From the NCBI GenBank assembly GCA_951406725.2, contig OX597822.1, forward strand, positions 55,366,001 to 55,430,000: a DNA stretch of 64,000 nt. The letters are read 5' to 3'. The notes under the pieces are model-generated. The model was not told the DNA's origin. It made no database searches and saw only the letters and a program-made list of their open reading frames with translations. Shown here piece after piece: positions 14,113-26,364 of this stretch. Made by a program: the position numbers and the translations under genes. The stretch comes from Octopus vulgaris. Lineage: Eukaryota. Position 1 is the first letter of the stretch. Every line of letters starts with the position of its first letter.

Positions 14113-14219
14113 CTAATTGTTTGCGTGTATAAACACACACACTACCTTTCATTGTACGTTTTTGTTTACTTCCGCCGTATCTCGTTCTTTCTTCGCTTCA
14201 TTCACTAAATATCTGTCTC

Positions 14220-14556
14220 ACACTTTTTATTTCTTTTTCTTTTATTTCTTCATATACGTCGTTACTCTCTCTCTCTCTGCTTCACTTCTCTTTTCTGATT
14301 TTAATCGCCCCCCTGTCTCTCTTTCATGCCTTGTTTCTCTTCTCCCCTTTCGTTTTCTCTCTATCTCTTTTTTAATCTCTCTCTGCTTCCTTCTCTTCCA
14401 CCTCTTTGTCTTCATATCGTCCATCCCATTCACTGCCTCACTCTATCCGTCTTTACATAATTCCCAACTGTCTTTTGTAACAACGTCTCTGATTGGTCAA
14501 TAGAGCATATACTACCGATCAAACGCTCGCATTACAATATTGTCTGCTCTATCAAG
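14220..14556 (+). promoter_or_regulatory. Probable SELENOI proximal promoter/5'UTR: CT-rich tract and reverse CCAAT box
   Basis: Polypyrimidine (CT)-rich tract at about 14220-14460, CTGATTGG at about 14489-14497, and locally retained CpGs directly upstream of the ATG. Confidence 0.5.
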
Positions 14557-14613
14557 ATGGCTGATATAGTCGGTCTCACACCGTCTATTCTTGCCGGTTT
14601 TGACAAATACAAG
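14557..14613 (+). CDS. SELENOI: Ethanolaminephosphotransferase 1 (SELENOI/EPT1 orthologue), coding exon 1
   Basis: ATG in the context aagATGg. Translates MADIVGLTPSILAGFDKYK and ends at donor AAG|gtatgt. 57 nt, phase 0. LAGFDKYK matches the human SELENOI N-terminus MAGYEYVSPEQLAGFDKYK (recalled). Confidence 0.92.
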
Positions 14614-16869
14614 GTATGTTTAATGTTGTTTCTTGTTCTGCCTATACATATTCAGTCCTGCCAACTTAAACTCACTCAAGACTATTAAATGGAACCGTGT
14701 TGTATATAAAAATGCACTATTTACCCTCTCCTTTCGCTTTTCATTTACGATGTTTTGTCTCTCGCACGACTTTCATTTTATATTTCACACCAAACACTGT
14801 CCAAGTGTCTACTATAGGTTGTAAATGAAATATCTATGTAATACCTCGATTTAAACGAGGAGGAGGGAAACGGGCACAAACCGAATGCTCAGCTAATGAC
14901 CAAGCATTTTTTTTCCTTCCTCGTGAATGTATTTATCTCTGCATTTACTATGGAATATATGTAAAATGTTGCTTTTATAATTTTGCCGTAAAAAGTTGGT
15001 GGGACGAGATGCAAAAATATAAGATTTGTTGTTTGGTCGTTTAAAAGGTATTGTCGTTCTCTGGAAAATCCCCGACTGCCTTGCATGCACCCCATAAATG
15101 AATCTCAATAAACCATCTTAGAACGAAACCAACTGTTGCCGACATAGCTTTTTATTTCTGTTTTAGCTAACCCTTATCTGCTATCCACTTTCGCTTGTGT
15201 ACAGATTCACTTACATCACTATACGTGCCTTTGTTTTGAGAAAAAAATGACTATTACTGTATCTCATCTCTATCTCTTCATGACACATGCTTGACCATTT
15301 GTGTAGTTTGATATCTACCGTCTTTTCGTTCAAGTCCCACATACATCGTGTTTTTCTTTTCCCTCAAAATCGCTAACCATAAGTAGTTATAAATATATAA
15401 ATAATTTAGTTTGCTCGTTCTCCCATACAAGATGTGGAAAAATAAAGATTATTTCAGCACATTTTTTCTTTCTTTTTTTTTTTTTTTTTAACATTAGGAA
15501 GAAACGTACCTACACAAATCCCTAACCTTGGGAGCTTGAAAATTGTTAGAGTGCGCTAAGTTTCAGATTAGTTCAGAATAACTGTTACTATTAAACCGAA
15601 CAAAGTGCTCGGTTTAACCATGATAGTTATTCTTTGATATTCGAGTTTGTTAAATATCTTTCTAGAAAAATTATTGCTGTTTTTCTGTTATCTTTTTTAC
15701 TCCCCCTACCCACTTTTTTCTTTTTCATTATTTTTTTTTTAAGCGGTCATGTTTTTTTATACATTTGAAATTATCATTCTGTAAATAAAGTTGTCTTCAA
15801 AATACCAAATTTTCACCTTTTTGTAAATCCATCACTACTATCGAACTCTCCATTGTTTCTTGCTCCTAATGTTTCACTATACATGTGGAAATGAACAAAT
15901 CTGGAAAATAATTTGTTTCTCAATTATTTTTTCACATCTTGTTTTAAGCCGAGATTACTCTTTGACTGTAAAAGCAACTGACCGACAGAGCTAGCACATG
16001 ACTGCTGCTAAAAATAACAGTTGAACAGTATTGTAAGGGATTGCTCGTTACCCCTCCCTCTACCAATTCCATTTATTTTCTGTTTTGCCATTCTGTAAAA
16101 GCATCTTTTGATATTGCACAAAAATTAAATGAACACATTAAGCCTTATCTACCTGATCAGTGTGCGTTTTTTTTTTTTTTTTGTATATTGGACAAGAAAG
16201 AATGAAGAAGACCAATAAGAACAGAAATCAAGATAATACTAATCAAATGTAATCTTACCATCGATCTGATTGGGAACAATAGTTTGTCAGTAAGACACCT
16301 CCCTGCTCTTCAGGAAATAAATAATATTCAATTTTTAAAAAAAAATGTATAGTGGAAAACTGAATAGCCATTGATATAATTAATTGAAATCAAACTTAGT
16401 TTTACTTTTTTTTTTTCATTTCCTAGACATAAAACACAGTTCTAGATGGATATTGGGGTTCAGAAATCCTTTAATTTAGGACATGAAGATAACTGGCATT
16501 CAGTTCAGGACATTGAAGTAATGGGCAGTTGTATGTCCTTCAGTTTGGGGCATCAATATAAAACATTACTATACAGAAAGTAGAGAAATATGGCATGAAA
16601 TGGGACAGCTGTAATATGTACATGAACTGATTCAAGCAGATGCTCCTTTTGAAAATAAGGCAATACACACTTGCCCTTAAAACTAGAACACAAAATTGTA
16701 GTTATGCAGTTTAGAATCTGTGATTTCCTGAATTTAGAACCACAAGAATTTGTCTTATCACTCCCTTTAAAAATTTGTGTCTATTCAGTTACATAAAGCA
16801 TACATTCAGTCTCATACACATGGCATTTTAGCTGCATCCTCCTGTAATTCTCCGGTCAAAGACACATAA

Positions 16870-17025
16870 CCACTCTACTGGTTTCATGTTGAAACTGGCC
16901 AGATCCAGGCTCTCACAATGTCATTCTAAAAATAAACAATTACATCCTCAAAATCTTGAAGCTAGTTGTATTTTGTAGCTTCAAAATAAATAAGCATTAC
17001 ATTTGATAAATTAATCTGAATGCAC
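16870..17025 (-). mobile_element. Fragment of the short piggyBac-like MITE
   Basis: Reverse complement of internal parts of 45723-45954 (aatgtcattctaaaaataaacaat, aaataagcattacatttg). Confidence 0.6.
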
Positions 17026-17129
17026 GCACCAAATTCTTACCAGAATCATCAAATATAGACAATTGTTACATTCAACAGCATAACAATGCTGCATATGTAA
17101 AATATAGTCACTTCAAATTACATACAGTA

Positions 17130-17880
17130 CCTTATCATCCTCAGCACATAGAATTCATAGTAAAAGAAGTAAAAGGCTTATGCACACTAAAAGCAATTGC
17201 AAGCTCTGTATTTGAATAAGAAAAAGACAAGTGTACATTTGATTTAACATCAGTTTTACCAGTCTTGCCTGAGACCTTAATATCTCCATAACAAACTGCA
17301 AAGACCAACTTCATTTTGTATCATCACAGATTGCACACAAACCATAAGCTTAATCCATGTATAAAAATGAAACAAAAATATTCGAAATGATCACCTGGAC
17401 ATGAGTGAGGCTTTTTTTTTTTTTTAGTTCTTTCGCCACATCAAATTCCATCCCTGATACTCCCTCTCATTTATGCATGGTCACTCGCAACACGTCTGCA
17501 AAATACTATCTTTCCCACTCAGTCCTGATAAAGATACACCCCTCCTCTTAACATACAGATGGCAGATGCATCAAATAACCTTTTTAATTCTCAAAAATTT
17601 GTGTTAGGTTGCATCCACTGATAAATAAATGCAAAGAAGAGCTACTGTCATGCTTTGACCAAGTCCACCATCCCCACATTTCTCTTGGGATCACCACGAA
17701 AGTTTGCAAAAAGACAGTATTAGAGTGGATCATGGTCCGAGTACAGTATGTCCGAACTGTCAGACTACATTCTGGAATGCACAGCTGGGACCTTGGCATG
17801 ATAAAGCAAAAGATTTCTGTTTATTGCTTTACTGCCGTACCTATCAAAGCTCTCCTTGGGCTAAACACTTACCTAACATA
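17130..17880 (+). mobile_element. Highly decayed I/Ingi/Jockey-group LINE, 3' portion
   Basis: Broken frames LCTLKAIASSVFE*EKD, NKLQR...IITDCTQT...ETKI..DHL and a C-terminal VCPNCQT resemble the post-RT region and zinc knuckle of I-group LINEs. Confidence 0.45.
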
Positions 17881-18990
17881 GTTTACACTTCTTTCCTTAT
17901 ACAAACTACATTACTTTGTAACTCATCTCATTTAGTTTTAGGTGTTATCTTTTTTTAATATTGAATCAATAGAATAACATTGGAGTGTTTTCTCTCCACT
18001 TTCCACTTATTACAAAGTTATTTCAAGTATTCCTTGAACACCACATACAGTCAAATATATATAATTTACAATAAAACTTTCCTAGGTTGTTTTATTTTTT
18101 GTTTGTTTTTGTAATAGCATTCCAACCATTATGGCCTTTCACATCACTCAAAACACTACACGAGTGTGTTTGCAACCGAGGATACATAAGCTACAAAATA
18201 ACTGTAGGACAGCTTAGCTGTTGTAAGCAAATGTACTTAACACCTAAACTTCAAGCGATTTTAGAGAAAATCACTCAATGCCAATTACATACTAAGAGAT
18301 CTCAATATCTGAAAGCAAAGATTCTTTTGATGCTTTACTTAAGTCATGGTAAACCAGAGGAAAATTATGCACTGCCCCTACACCTGGTGAGTAACCCCAC
18401 TCCACCTGTTGTGTCTCTGTTGTATATCATACATGATGTAGATATTCCTATTACACGTATGTAATATCTAAATTATAAGTGCAACATACAAATATATCAA
18501 TGTTATTTCTAAAGCACTACATGCGTAATTCTCATTGAAAACTTAATTTAGAATGTTTGACAAAAATAAAGAAAATATACCCATTAATAAGCAGTCAATA
18601 TAATCTATCAGGTTTTGTATAGTTTGGCAACTTTTCTATTGCAAATGACAATGTCATAAACGTTTAAAAGAGACCAATGAGAGAACCTTTCAAGTGTTGA
18701 AGGATGTTTCTATAGAGTAATTTGACATGCTAAGATTAGCACTTAAATCTCTCCTCATACCCTACCACCTTAAAGAACCTTGGTATTAACTGTTATGTAA
18801 ACTGTTCTTTTCGGCATAATATGTGACACACACACATATTATAGCACCCATAGGTTACATCAGTGTTTCTTTACCATTTTACCCTTGTGTAACCCTTAAA
18901 ATAAATTACGTGTTTCAAGGAACCCCTGCACAAAAAAAAAAATTATACAGCATATCTTTCTCATGTTTTTCATCGTAGTTCACATGGTAA

Positions 18991-19039
<49 letters not shown>

Positions 19040-19502
19040 CATCTTGGGTGGTTTGGAGACCTGTTTGTTGTCTCCAGGAGTAAAATCACTTGCAAACAGC
19101 TAGATTTATTTAGATCACTGTCCCACCATCATTTTTACTTGTGCAGTACATCCTGACTTGCAAAAAGCAAAAAACTTTGACACTGATATTCAACTGAATT
19201 TAACATAATTTTATAATTATCATGCTGTAAGATAAAAATAACGAATTATTAAGACTAACTTTTAATACTCCCATAATTGACCTATGTTGAGATGGAGAAA
19301 AACTGTTGCTGGAGTTCTTGAAAACTGAGCAAACTGTAGACTTCTTCCATGCACTTAGGAAGCACTTCTTTGAGACAATAACTGTATTAGAATTGAGGCC
19401 TCTTCTCTTTTTTTAATACAAGGCTGGGATTTTATTTGGGCCAGTTACATTTGGCAGATGATCATTTACACTCCAAAGTTAAAAATAAAGCAGTTAGAAT
19501 GA

Positions 19503-19760
19503 ATAGTTAGTTAGTTAGTTAATTTGGCTCAAAAGCAAATAGCAAGGCCATGTAGGGGGACATGGAGTTAAGTACAGGGTGGTGTTCATGTAAAGAGTTC
19601 AGGCCACTTAAGGTCCAGGGAGGCTTTGAACAAAGCGGTCGTCGGCATCTTCACCATCTCGTCTGGCAGCTTGTTCCACGGATCCGCAACCCGGACGGAG
19701 AAAGCTCCTCTCCGATTGAGATGAAATCGTCGCAGGTAGAGCTTTTTGGAATGACCCCAA
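19503..19760 (-). mobile_element. CR1/L2-type LINE 3' end
   Basis: Minus strand encodes GHSKKLYLRRFHLNRRGAFSVRVADPWNKLPDEMVK...FKASLD, with an (AACT)n tail. Confidence 0.88.
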
Positions 19761-20794
19761 AATAGAATAAAGTTCAGAAAAGATTGGCTTTCAAATATTT
19801 ATCCCACTGTGTAATAATGGCACATAACTCAATGAGTCCCCAATGTTTATGATCGAAAGACTGCTGCTCAGAAATCTTGGACAATACAACTACTATATAT
19901 GTGAATACCCTTGATAGCATTGCCCAAAAATGAAGACTATTTTGCTGACTTAGTAAATACTCATGTACTAGAACCACTATCTCACCCACTTTCCTCTTTG
20001 TCTCTGCATTCTATTACGACTATAACAAGCTGGCCCTCTGTCTAAACCCACTTTATGCATCATGAATTCTCTATTCTTTGCATCCTTTCGTATATTGCTT
20101 CAATCACTGCACATATTTTGTAATAGCTGAAACTCTTTGTGCTGTGAACTTGAGGTACTTAGTAACTTTAAACACTCCTTAGTAAGGATGCAGGTGATAA
20201 TATAGTCCTAGATATTATCATTTTACATACATTTTTCCACCTTTGTATGGGTTGGAAGGGCCTTTTTCTGCATAGCATCTTGCTACTTATACTGTCCTTT
20301 GTTACTGCTTTCATAAGGTTCAACTTCTTGAAGTCACCTTTCACTGCTGTTTCCTAATTCTATAGATAGTCTAAGATAGGCTATCTAAAAAAAAAAAATG
20401 AAAAATAAAAAAAAAAGATGGTCTTAGGTCTATTTGATCAATTCTGACTTAAAACTAAACACCAGAATATTACATTCACATTAGAAATACATCAGTATCG
20501 ATATCCCTTCTGTCATTAGGCCTCCTTCTCTTCATAATCATCATCAATTGTACTAAGCTCTTTTGGAAACAGAATAGAGCGTGTCTTGTTCTCAAGAAAA
20601 GCAGCCTCTTTGGCTCTGCTAGCTTCTATCCTTACACAGTCACTTCCAACATGTGGGAGGTGATGGCAGCAACCAATATGCATCCTACATACCTTACGAC
20701 AAACCAGCACTGGCTTTATGAACAGAGATTTCATATCTTCCAATGAGGCCTTGCCAATCTTGATTTGTTCTTCAATGGTATAGGCACACAAAGT

Positions 20795-21035
20795 TGTGTG
20801 GAAAGAAGCTTGCTTTCCAACCACATGGTTCCGGGTTCAGTCCCACTATGTGGCACTTTGGGCAAGTGTCTTCTACTATAGTTTCGGGCTGACCAAAGCT
20901 TTGCGAGTGGATTTGGTAGATAGAAACTGAAACAAGCCCATTGTGTATATATATATATTTATATATATGTGTGTGTGTGTTTACATCCCCATAACTTAGC
21001 AGTTCAGTAAAGGAGATAGAATAAGAACCATGCTT
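20795..21035 (+). mobile_element. CORE-type SINE (deleted copy)
   Basis: Head, CORE and microsatellite are present. The 3' half is partial. Confidence 0.8.
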
Positions 21036-21074
21036 AAAACAAAAAGATAAAAATCACTACACATATCAATAAAA

Positions 21075-21640
21075 CCTTACTCCCCACCATCCCAAATATA
21101 AGCAGCATGCGATTAGAACCCTTGAAGTTGCTACAAATGCTAGATCTCACCATCAGTGAGGATCTCTTCTGGTGAACACACATAAAAAACACTGCATTAC
21201 AAAACTTAGCCTTCCACATAAGGACTAGAAAATATTTCAGATTCTTAACAACTATTGATCCTCTACAAAGCTCAGGTTAACTTGAAATGGAGTACTAGTC
21301 TTATAACTAGGACTACATATACTACATACACTCCCAGATATCTTACACTGCATTCAAAGAAAGGCTATTTGACCGACTGGTATGAAGTTCCTCACTATCA
21401 CATTCCAACTTATGGCCTACTTGACGTGTTGCCTTATCTGCCAATATTACTGTGGCCTCTGATTTTGAGAATTGGCCAGCTGGTCTCGCTTATGCATTCC
21501 TAATTTGCTACCCCCACTTATGCACTCGCAATTTGCTTCTCTTTAATTATCTATATCATTTAAATACTCACTCTCCATTAAGAGCTCTCCAACTACCTCC
21601 CCAGAACTCCTTTCCTGCACATATTTCATTTGCAGTCAAC
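21075..21640 (+). mobile_element. Decayed Jockey/CR1-group LINE, 3' RT region
   Basis: Encodes LQMLDLTISEDLFW*THI...RKYF...QLLILYKAQV...MEY. Confidence 0.7.
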
Positions 21641-21750
21641 TATTTGTGACCATTTAAGAGGAATATTAATGTGTGTTGCTGGTCTTAGGGGGCCAGTGAA
21701 AGATATGGGTACAGATCCTTCTACTCAACCAGGCAAATACAAATTATTTT

Positions 21751-21850
21751 NNNNNNNNNNNNNNNNNNNNNNNNNNNNNNNNNNNNNNNNNNNNNNNNNN
21801 NNNNNNNNNNNNNNNNNNNNNNNNNNNNNNNNNNNNNNNNNNNNNNNNNN
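21751..21850. other. Assembly gap (100 N, probably unsized)
   Basis: Run of exactly 100 N inside the SELENOI locus. Confidence 0.99.
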
Positions 21851-22120
21851 CGGGCTGCGTGTTGTGTTCTTGAGCAAGGCACTTTATTTCACGTTGCTCC
21901 AGTTCACTCAGCTGTAGAAATGAGTTGCGACGTCACAGGTGCCAAGCTGTATTGTCCTTTGTCTTTCCCATGGATAACACTGGTGGCGTGGAGAGGGGAG
22001 GCTGGTATGCATGGGCAACTGCTGGTCTTCCATAAACAACCTCACTCGGACTTGTGTCTAGGAGGGTATCTTTCTAGGTGCAATCCCATGGTTTGTGTCG
22101 TGACCGAAGGGGGTCTCCCA
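21851..22120 (+). mobile_element. Third SINE family (CORE-like body, distinct tail), truncated by the gap
   Basis: gttgtgttcttgagcaaggcactttatttcac...gtgaccgaagggggtct. A minus-strand relative lies at about 26399-26705. Confidence 0.75.
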
Positions 22121-22139
22121 ATATATATATATACATACA

Positions 22140-22520
22140 TCATGGTTTCGGGTGTAGTTCCACTGCATGTCACCTTGGGCAAGTGTCTTCTACCATAGCC
22201 TCAGGCTGAACAAAGCCTTGTGGATGGATTTGGTAGGCAGAAAATAAAAGAAGCCCATGTATCTCTCTCTCTCTTCATATATATATATATATATGTATGT
22301 GTATGTATGTGTGTGTGTGTGTGTGTGTGTCAGTCACCATCGCTTGACAAACAGTGTTGATGTGTTTATGACCCTATAACTTTGCGGTTTGGCAAAAGAG
22401 AGTGAGTACCAAGCTTTACTAAAATAAATAAATCAGTACTGGAGTTGATGTTTAACTAAAAGTTTTCAAGGTGGTGCTCCAGCATGGTTGTAGTCTACTG
22501 ACTGAAACAAGTAAAAGAAC
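22140..22520 (+). mobile_element. CORE-type SINE
   Basis: Matches the dominant family. 5' truncated. Confidence 0.8.
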
Positions 22521-23249
22521 AAAGATGCAAATAAACTAGCTAGTCAAGAAAATCTCTGTAAGAGATGAAAGTATTATTTATATTGAGAAGTAGTGTTTGA
22601 TGCAACCTAAACTCAGGTGTATATTAGAAACCAATGATGCTGCTATTTTAAACTCAGGAGGTCACCTCCTCCAGCTTGTTATGTAGTTCGCTCTGCACTC
22701 TATATTGCAAGTGGGGAGAGAACTCCCTACTACTTTAGCTCCGAGGCCACCAATCTTTATTGTTTCGACCTCTTTATGGTCATACTTGGTGATGGACGCT
22801 TGTCCTCTTGACATAGCAGTAGCTCACAATACACACACAATCAACTGTCTCGTTAGTTGATATACCTGCACATGATAATTGTTGGCCCAGGGCTACAGAA
22901 AATTCACAAAGTGTTGAAACCATGTGGTTGCAAAGTGAACTTATTAACCACACAACCATGAATTTAGTAACAGTGGTTTATGTCTACCATCATCTATAGT
23001 AGAATATTGTAAAATCTTAACTTACAGATTATATCTTTCAATAATTTGAGTGTACTGATAATATAACTGGTAGAATCGTTAGCACTCTGGGCATAATGCT
23101 TAGGGGCATTTCATCTGTTTTTACATTCTGAGTTCAAATTCCACTGAGGTTGCTTTTCATCCTTTAAGTACCTGTGAAAAACTGGGGTTGATGTAATCAA
23201 GTAGTCCCCTCCCCCAAAATTTCAAGGCCTTGTGCCTTCAGTAGAAAGG

Positions 23250-23287
<38 letters not shown>

Positions 23288-23422
23288 GCACTGGGGTCGA
23301 TGTAATCGACTCAATCCCTTTGTCTGTCCTTGTTTGTCCCCCCTGTGTTTAGCCCCTTGTGAGCAATAAAGAAATAAATTATTTATTATTATTATTATTA
23401 TTATGTTTCTATTTAATTCCAG

Positions 23423-23534
23423 GCAATGACAGTGTTTTATTTAGTAACATATTTTGGTGGCTATGAAATGTGGAAATTTATAGTACCAGTCCTTAATATT
23501 CCAGCATCTGTAATGGTTGAAATAATTGTACATA
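23423..23534 (+). CDS. SELENOI: SELENOI/EPT1 internal exon (equivalent to human exon 6)
   Basis: Acceptor attccag|GCA, donor CATA|gtaagt. 112 nt, translates AMTVFYLVTYFGGYEMWKFIVPVLNIPASVMVEIIVH. Resembles human VTISFVYIVTAVVGVEAWY... and its phase fits the next exon. Confidence 0.85.
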
Positions 23535-24267
23535 GTAAGTTGTAAACTATTTTTTTCATCCTATATTTTGTTCAACCTTTTGTGTCTGTCTTTCATTAGA
23601 CTGCCTATATTTTTTTAATTAATTTACCTGATAATAAATTATTTTGCAGTAGTTAGTAAAATACCAGTCACATATATATTGTAATATTATTCCGGTCTTA
23701 ACCAACTGAAACCCAATACATCATTTTGGTTTGATCCAGTTTTGATTGAGATTTTAATTCTAATATGAATACATGAGTATTGGGTAGTCTCCGGCAGGTT
23801 GGGTTAGTGCTTTTGTTATGAGACGAGTGTACAGTTTTTGGTAAATATTATAAGACATGTTAGTAAATGACGTAATATCTGTGGCATCTAAAGTTCTTCC
23901 TGATAAAGGGTAATTTGTATCTAGGCTTGTTTACATTTAGTGCTGTTCACACATTCTTATGATTCCTCTCTCTTTCTCTCCAATGACAGAAAACATTCTT
24001 AATACTCATACTTTCATTTTCTCACGTCATTACAAGACTCAAATTGTTTTGCAAATTTAGGTATTTACTGAGATATTGGTTGGAATTTTTATAAAATGTT
24101 TTCTTTATTTTATTTACATGTGCATGTGTGTTACCTTCTAAATTTCATTAAATGAAAAAATAGGCTGTTATGTGCAAAATTATAATTTAATGCCTGATAT
24201 AGTTTATAATCTAACAATTTTGTCATTTATTCAGCATCTTCAGAAATTTTGCACTGTATTTTTTATT

Positions 24268-25448
24268 TGGTTGGGTAAAAAGAAACTTTTTTTTTAAGTG
24301 AAAATAAAGACACCAGTTTTAAATGCAAAGTGAATTATTTAGTCAGTGGTACAATTACTGTTTCATTCCAGTATCTTCTGCCATCTTGTGGGCAGATGTA
24401 TTTTTCCCTGGTCAAAGAATTTCCTGTCTTTATTGGTAAAAACTCTTCAAGGTGAATTTCAATATCCTCTTCAGAATGGAAGGTTTGTCCACTGAATGAA
24501 TTTTGAAGAGAATGAAATAGATGGAAATTTGATGATACAAAGTCAGATGAATATCGAAGGTGTCATGAAATTTTCCAGCCAAGCTTCAGTAATGTCTGCC
24601 ACATTTGCAAAGAAGTGTGTTGTCTAGCATTGTCATGATGAAAGACAGTGCTTTACAGTCAACAAATGCTGGATGCTTCTGGTAGATTGCTACATTTGTT
24701 TTGTCCAGCTGGTCACAGCACACATCGAATTGATGCTCTTGTCTATTGGAAGAAGTTCATAAAAGACAACACCCTTTCAGTCTGACGAAATTGAAAGCAT
24801 AACCTTCTTTGGGTGAAATCCTGCTTTGCAGGTTGTTTGTGGTGGATTGCAAAGTACTTTCTTCACGTTTCTGCAACAAATTGCTGATGAAAATCTTTTT
24901 GGTGGAGTTACCTGCCTCATTCAGTTGATGTGGGCCCTAACATCAAGCTTGTTGACATAAGGTTGATGCAGTTGGTTTTCAACACTTGATTCAAATATTT
25001 GGGGAATATCTGTGATTATCCTGGTCATAATGGGAGGTGGGTTGGTATTGCTGTTAATCTCAGTTGGGCAGCCAGAGCAAGGTGCATCTGAACAGATAAA
25101 TTTCGCTATTGAAATCTCGGAAATCACTTCTGGCACACATTGTATATCAGTATTCCCTCCATACCCAGTGCATATCTTCCTGCAGGTTTCCACTGCTTTC
25201 TTACCTTTTTTTTTAAATATAAAAGCACAAGTTATTGACAGTGTTTGTTTTGGTTCTCCATTTTCAGTGTGATTCCAAGCACACAAAATGCAATCTGTCT
25301 CTTCACACGTTTATGTTGAAATACGCTGAATTATCAAGTTTCTAATGAGTGTGCATGTACAAGGGACAGACTGAAGTTAGCTACTTATTAGAGTGCTTCT
25401 AGTTTAGTTTCCATAAAAACTGAACAGATTTTTTTGGCCAACCCAATA
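24268..25448 (-). mobile_element. Near-full-length decayed mariner
   Basis: Ends tatttggttgggtaaaaa and tttttggccaacccaata. Minus-strand remnants FKKKGKKAVETCRKICTGYG, DAPCSGCPTE and a decayed C-terminal region. About 1.2 kb. Confidence 0.8.
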
Positions 25449-25550
25449 ATTCTGTCAGCTTGTAGGGTGGTCTGAATCTGCAGTGTTTCTCTACTTTCCA
25501 GTATTTCTGCACTAGTCTAATCATTTGCTTATGAAACTATTCAATGTCAG

Positions 25551-25771
25551 CACTGCAAATCATCAACTAGATCACTTGTTTCCATTGTAAGCCATCACTT
25601 AACCCACCTGTTCCCACTGTAAACCATTAACTAAATCATCTTTTCCCACTGTAAGCCATCACCTAAATCTTCTGTTTCCTCTGTAAAACAGCAGCTAACT
25701 CATATGTTCCGACTGTAAATCAGCAATTAAGTCATTGTCTGTTTCCACTTAAAAACCATCAACTAAGCCAC
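25551..25771. repeat. Diverged 32-bp minisatellite, about 7 units
   Basis: cactgtaa(a/g)ccatcaactaa...tgttyc recurs at 25551, 25583, 25615, 25647, 25679, 25711 and 25746. Confidence 0.8.
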
Positions 25772-26364
25772 ATTTATGAAATGAGTTTTGGTGATGTGGA
25801 CTACCTCAAATTTCCTTGGTCTCAGTCTTGGTCTGCTGGGTGAAGCAGCAGCATTTCTTTCTTGATGCTTGGTGGTGGTGGTGGTGGTGGTAGTGATATA
25901 TGAATTTTTGTCTCTTTGGTTGTGTCCACTCTTATGCTCACCTTCTTGTACATTGTTTACTTTGACACCCCCATCTTTATCTTTTTCCCAGCTACTCTCA
26001 CCCACTCTTATATAATGTGGGATAGCCATGAAACTCCTCCATACCAAGTCACCTGTGCTTGTCTTTCTCTCTCTTACACTTTAGCCTCTCACTGCCTGGC
26101 ATAAAGCCACCTCTCTCTCTCTAATACCTTCCCCTGCACACTTGTTGAGATTTTATTTTTCCTCTGTTGCAAGATACTTGGCTACTACTAGTGCTGGTGG
26201 TATGCAAAAAGCACCCCATATACATTGTAAAGTGGTATCAAAGAAAGGGCATCAGGCTGTTTGAAACTATGTCAAAACAGATATTGCAGCCCAATGTAGT
26301 CCTGCAACTTTTCTGGATCCTGTCTAATTATGCAACCCAAGCCAGCATAGAAAAAGGACATTAA

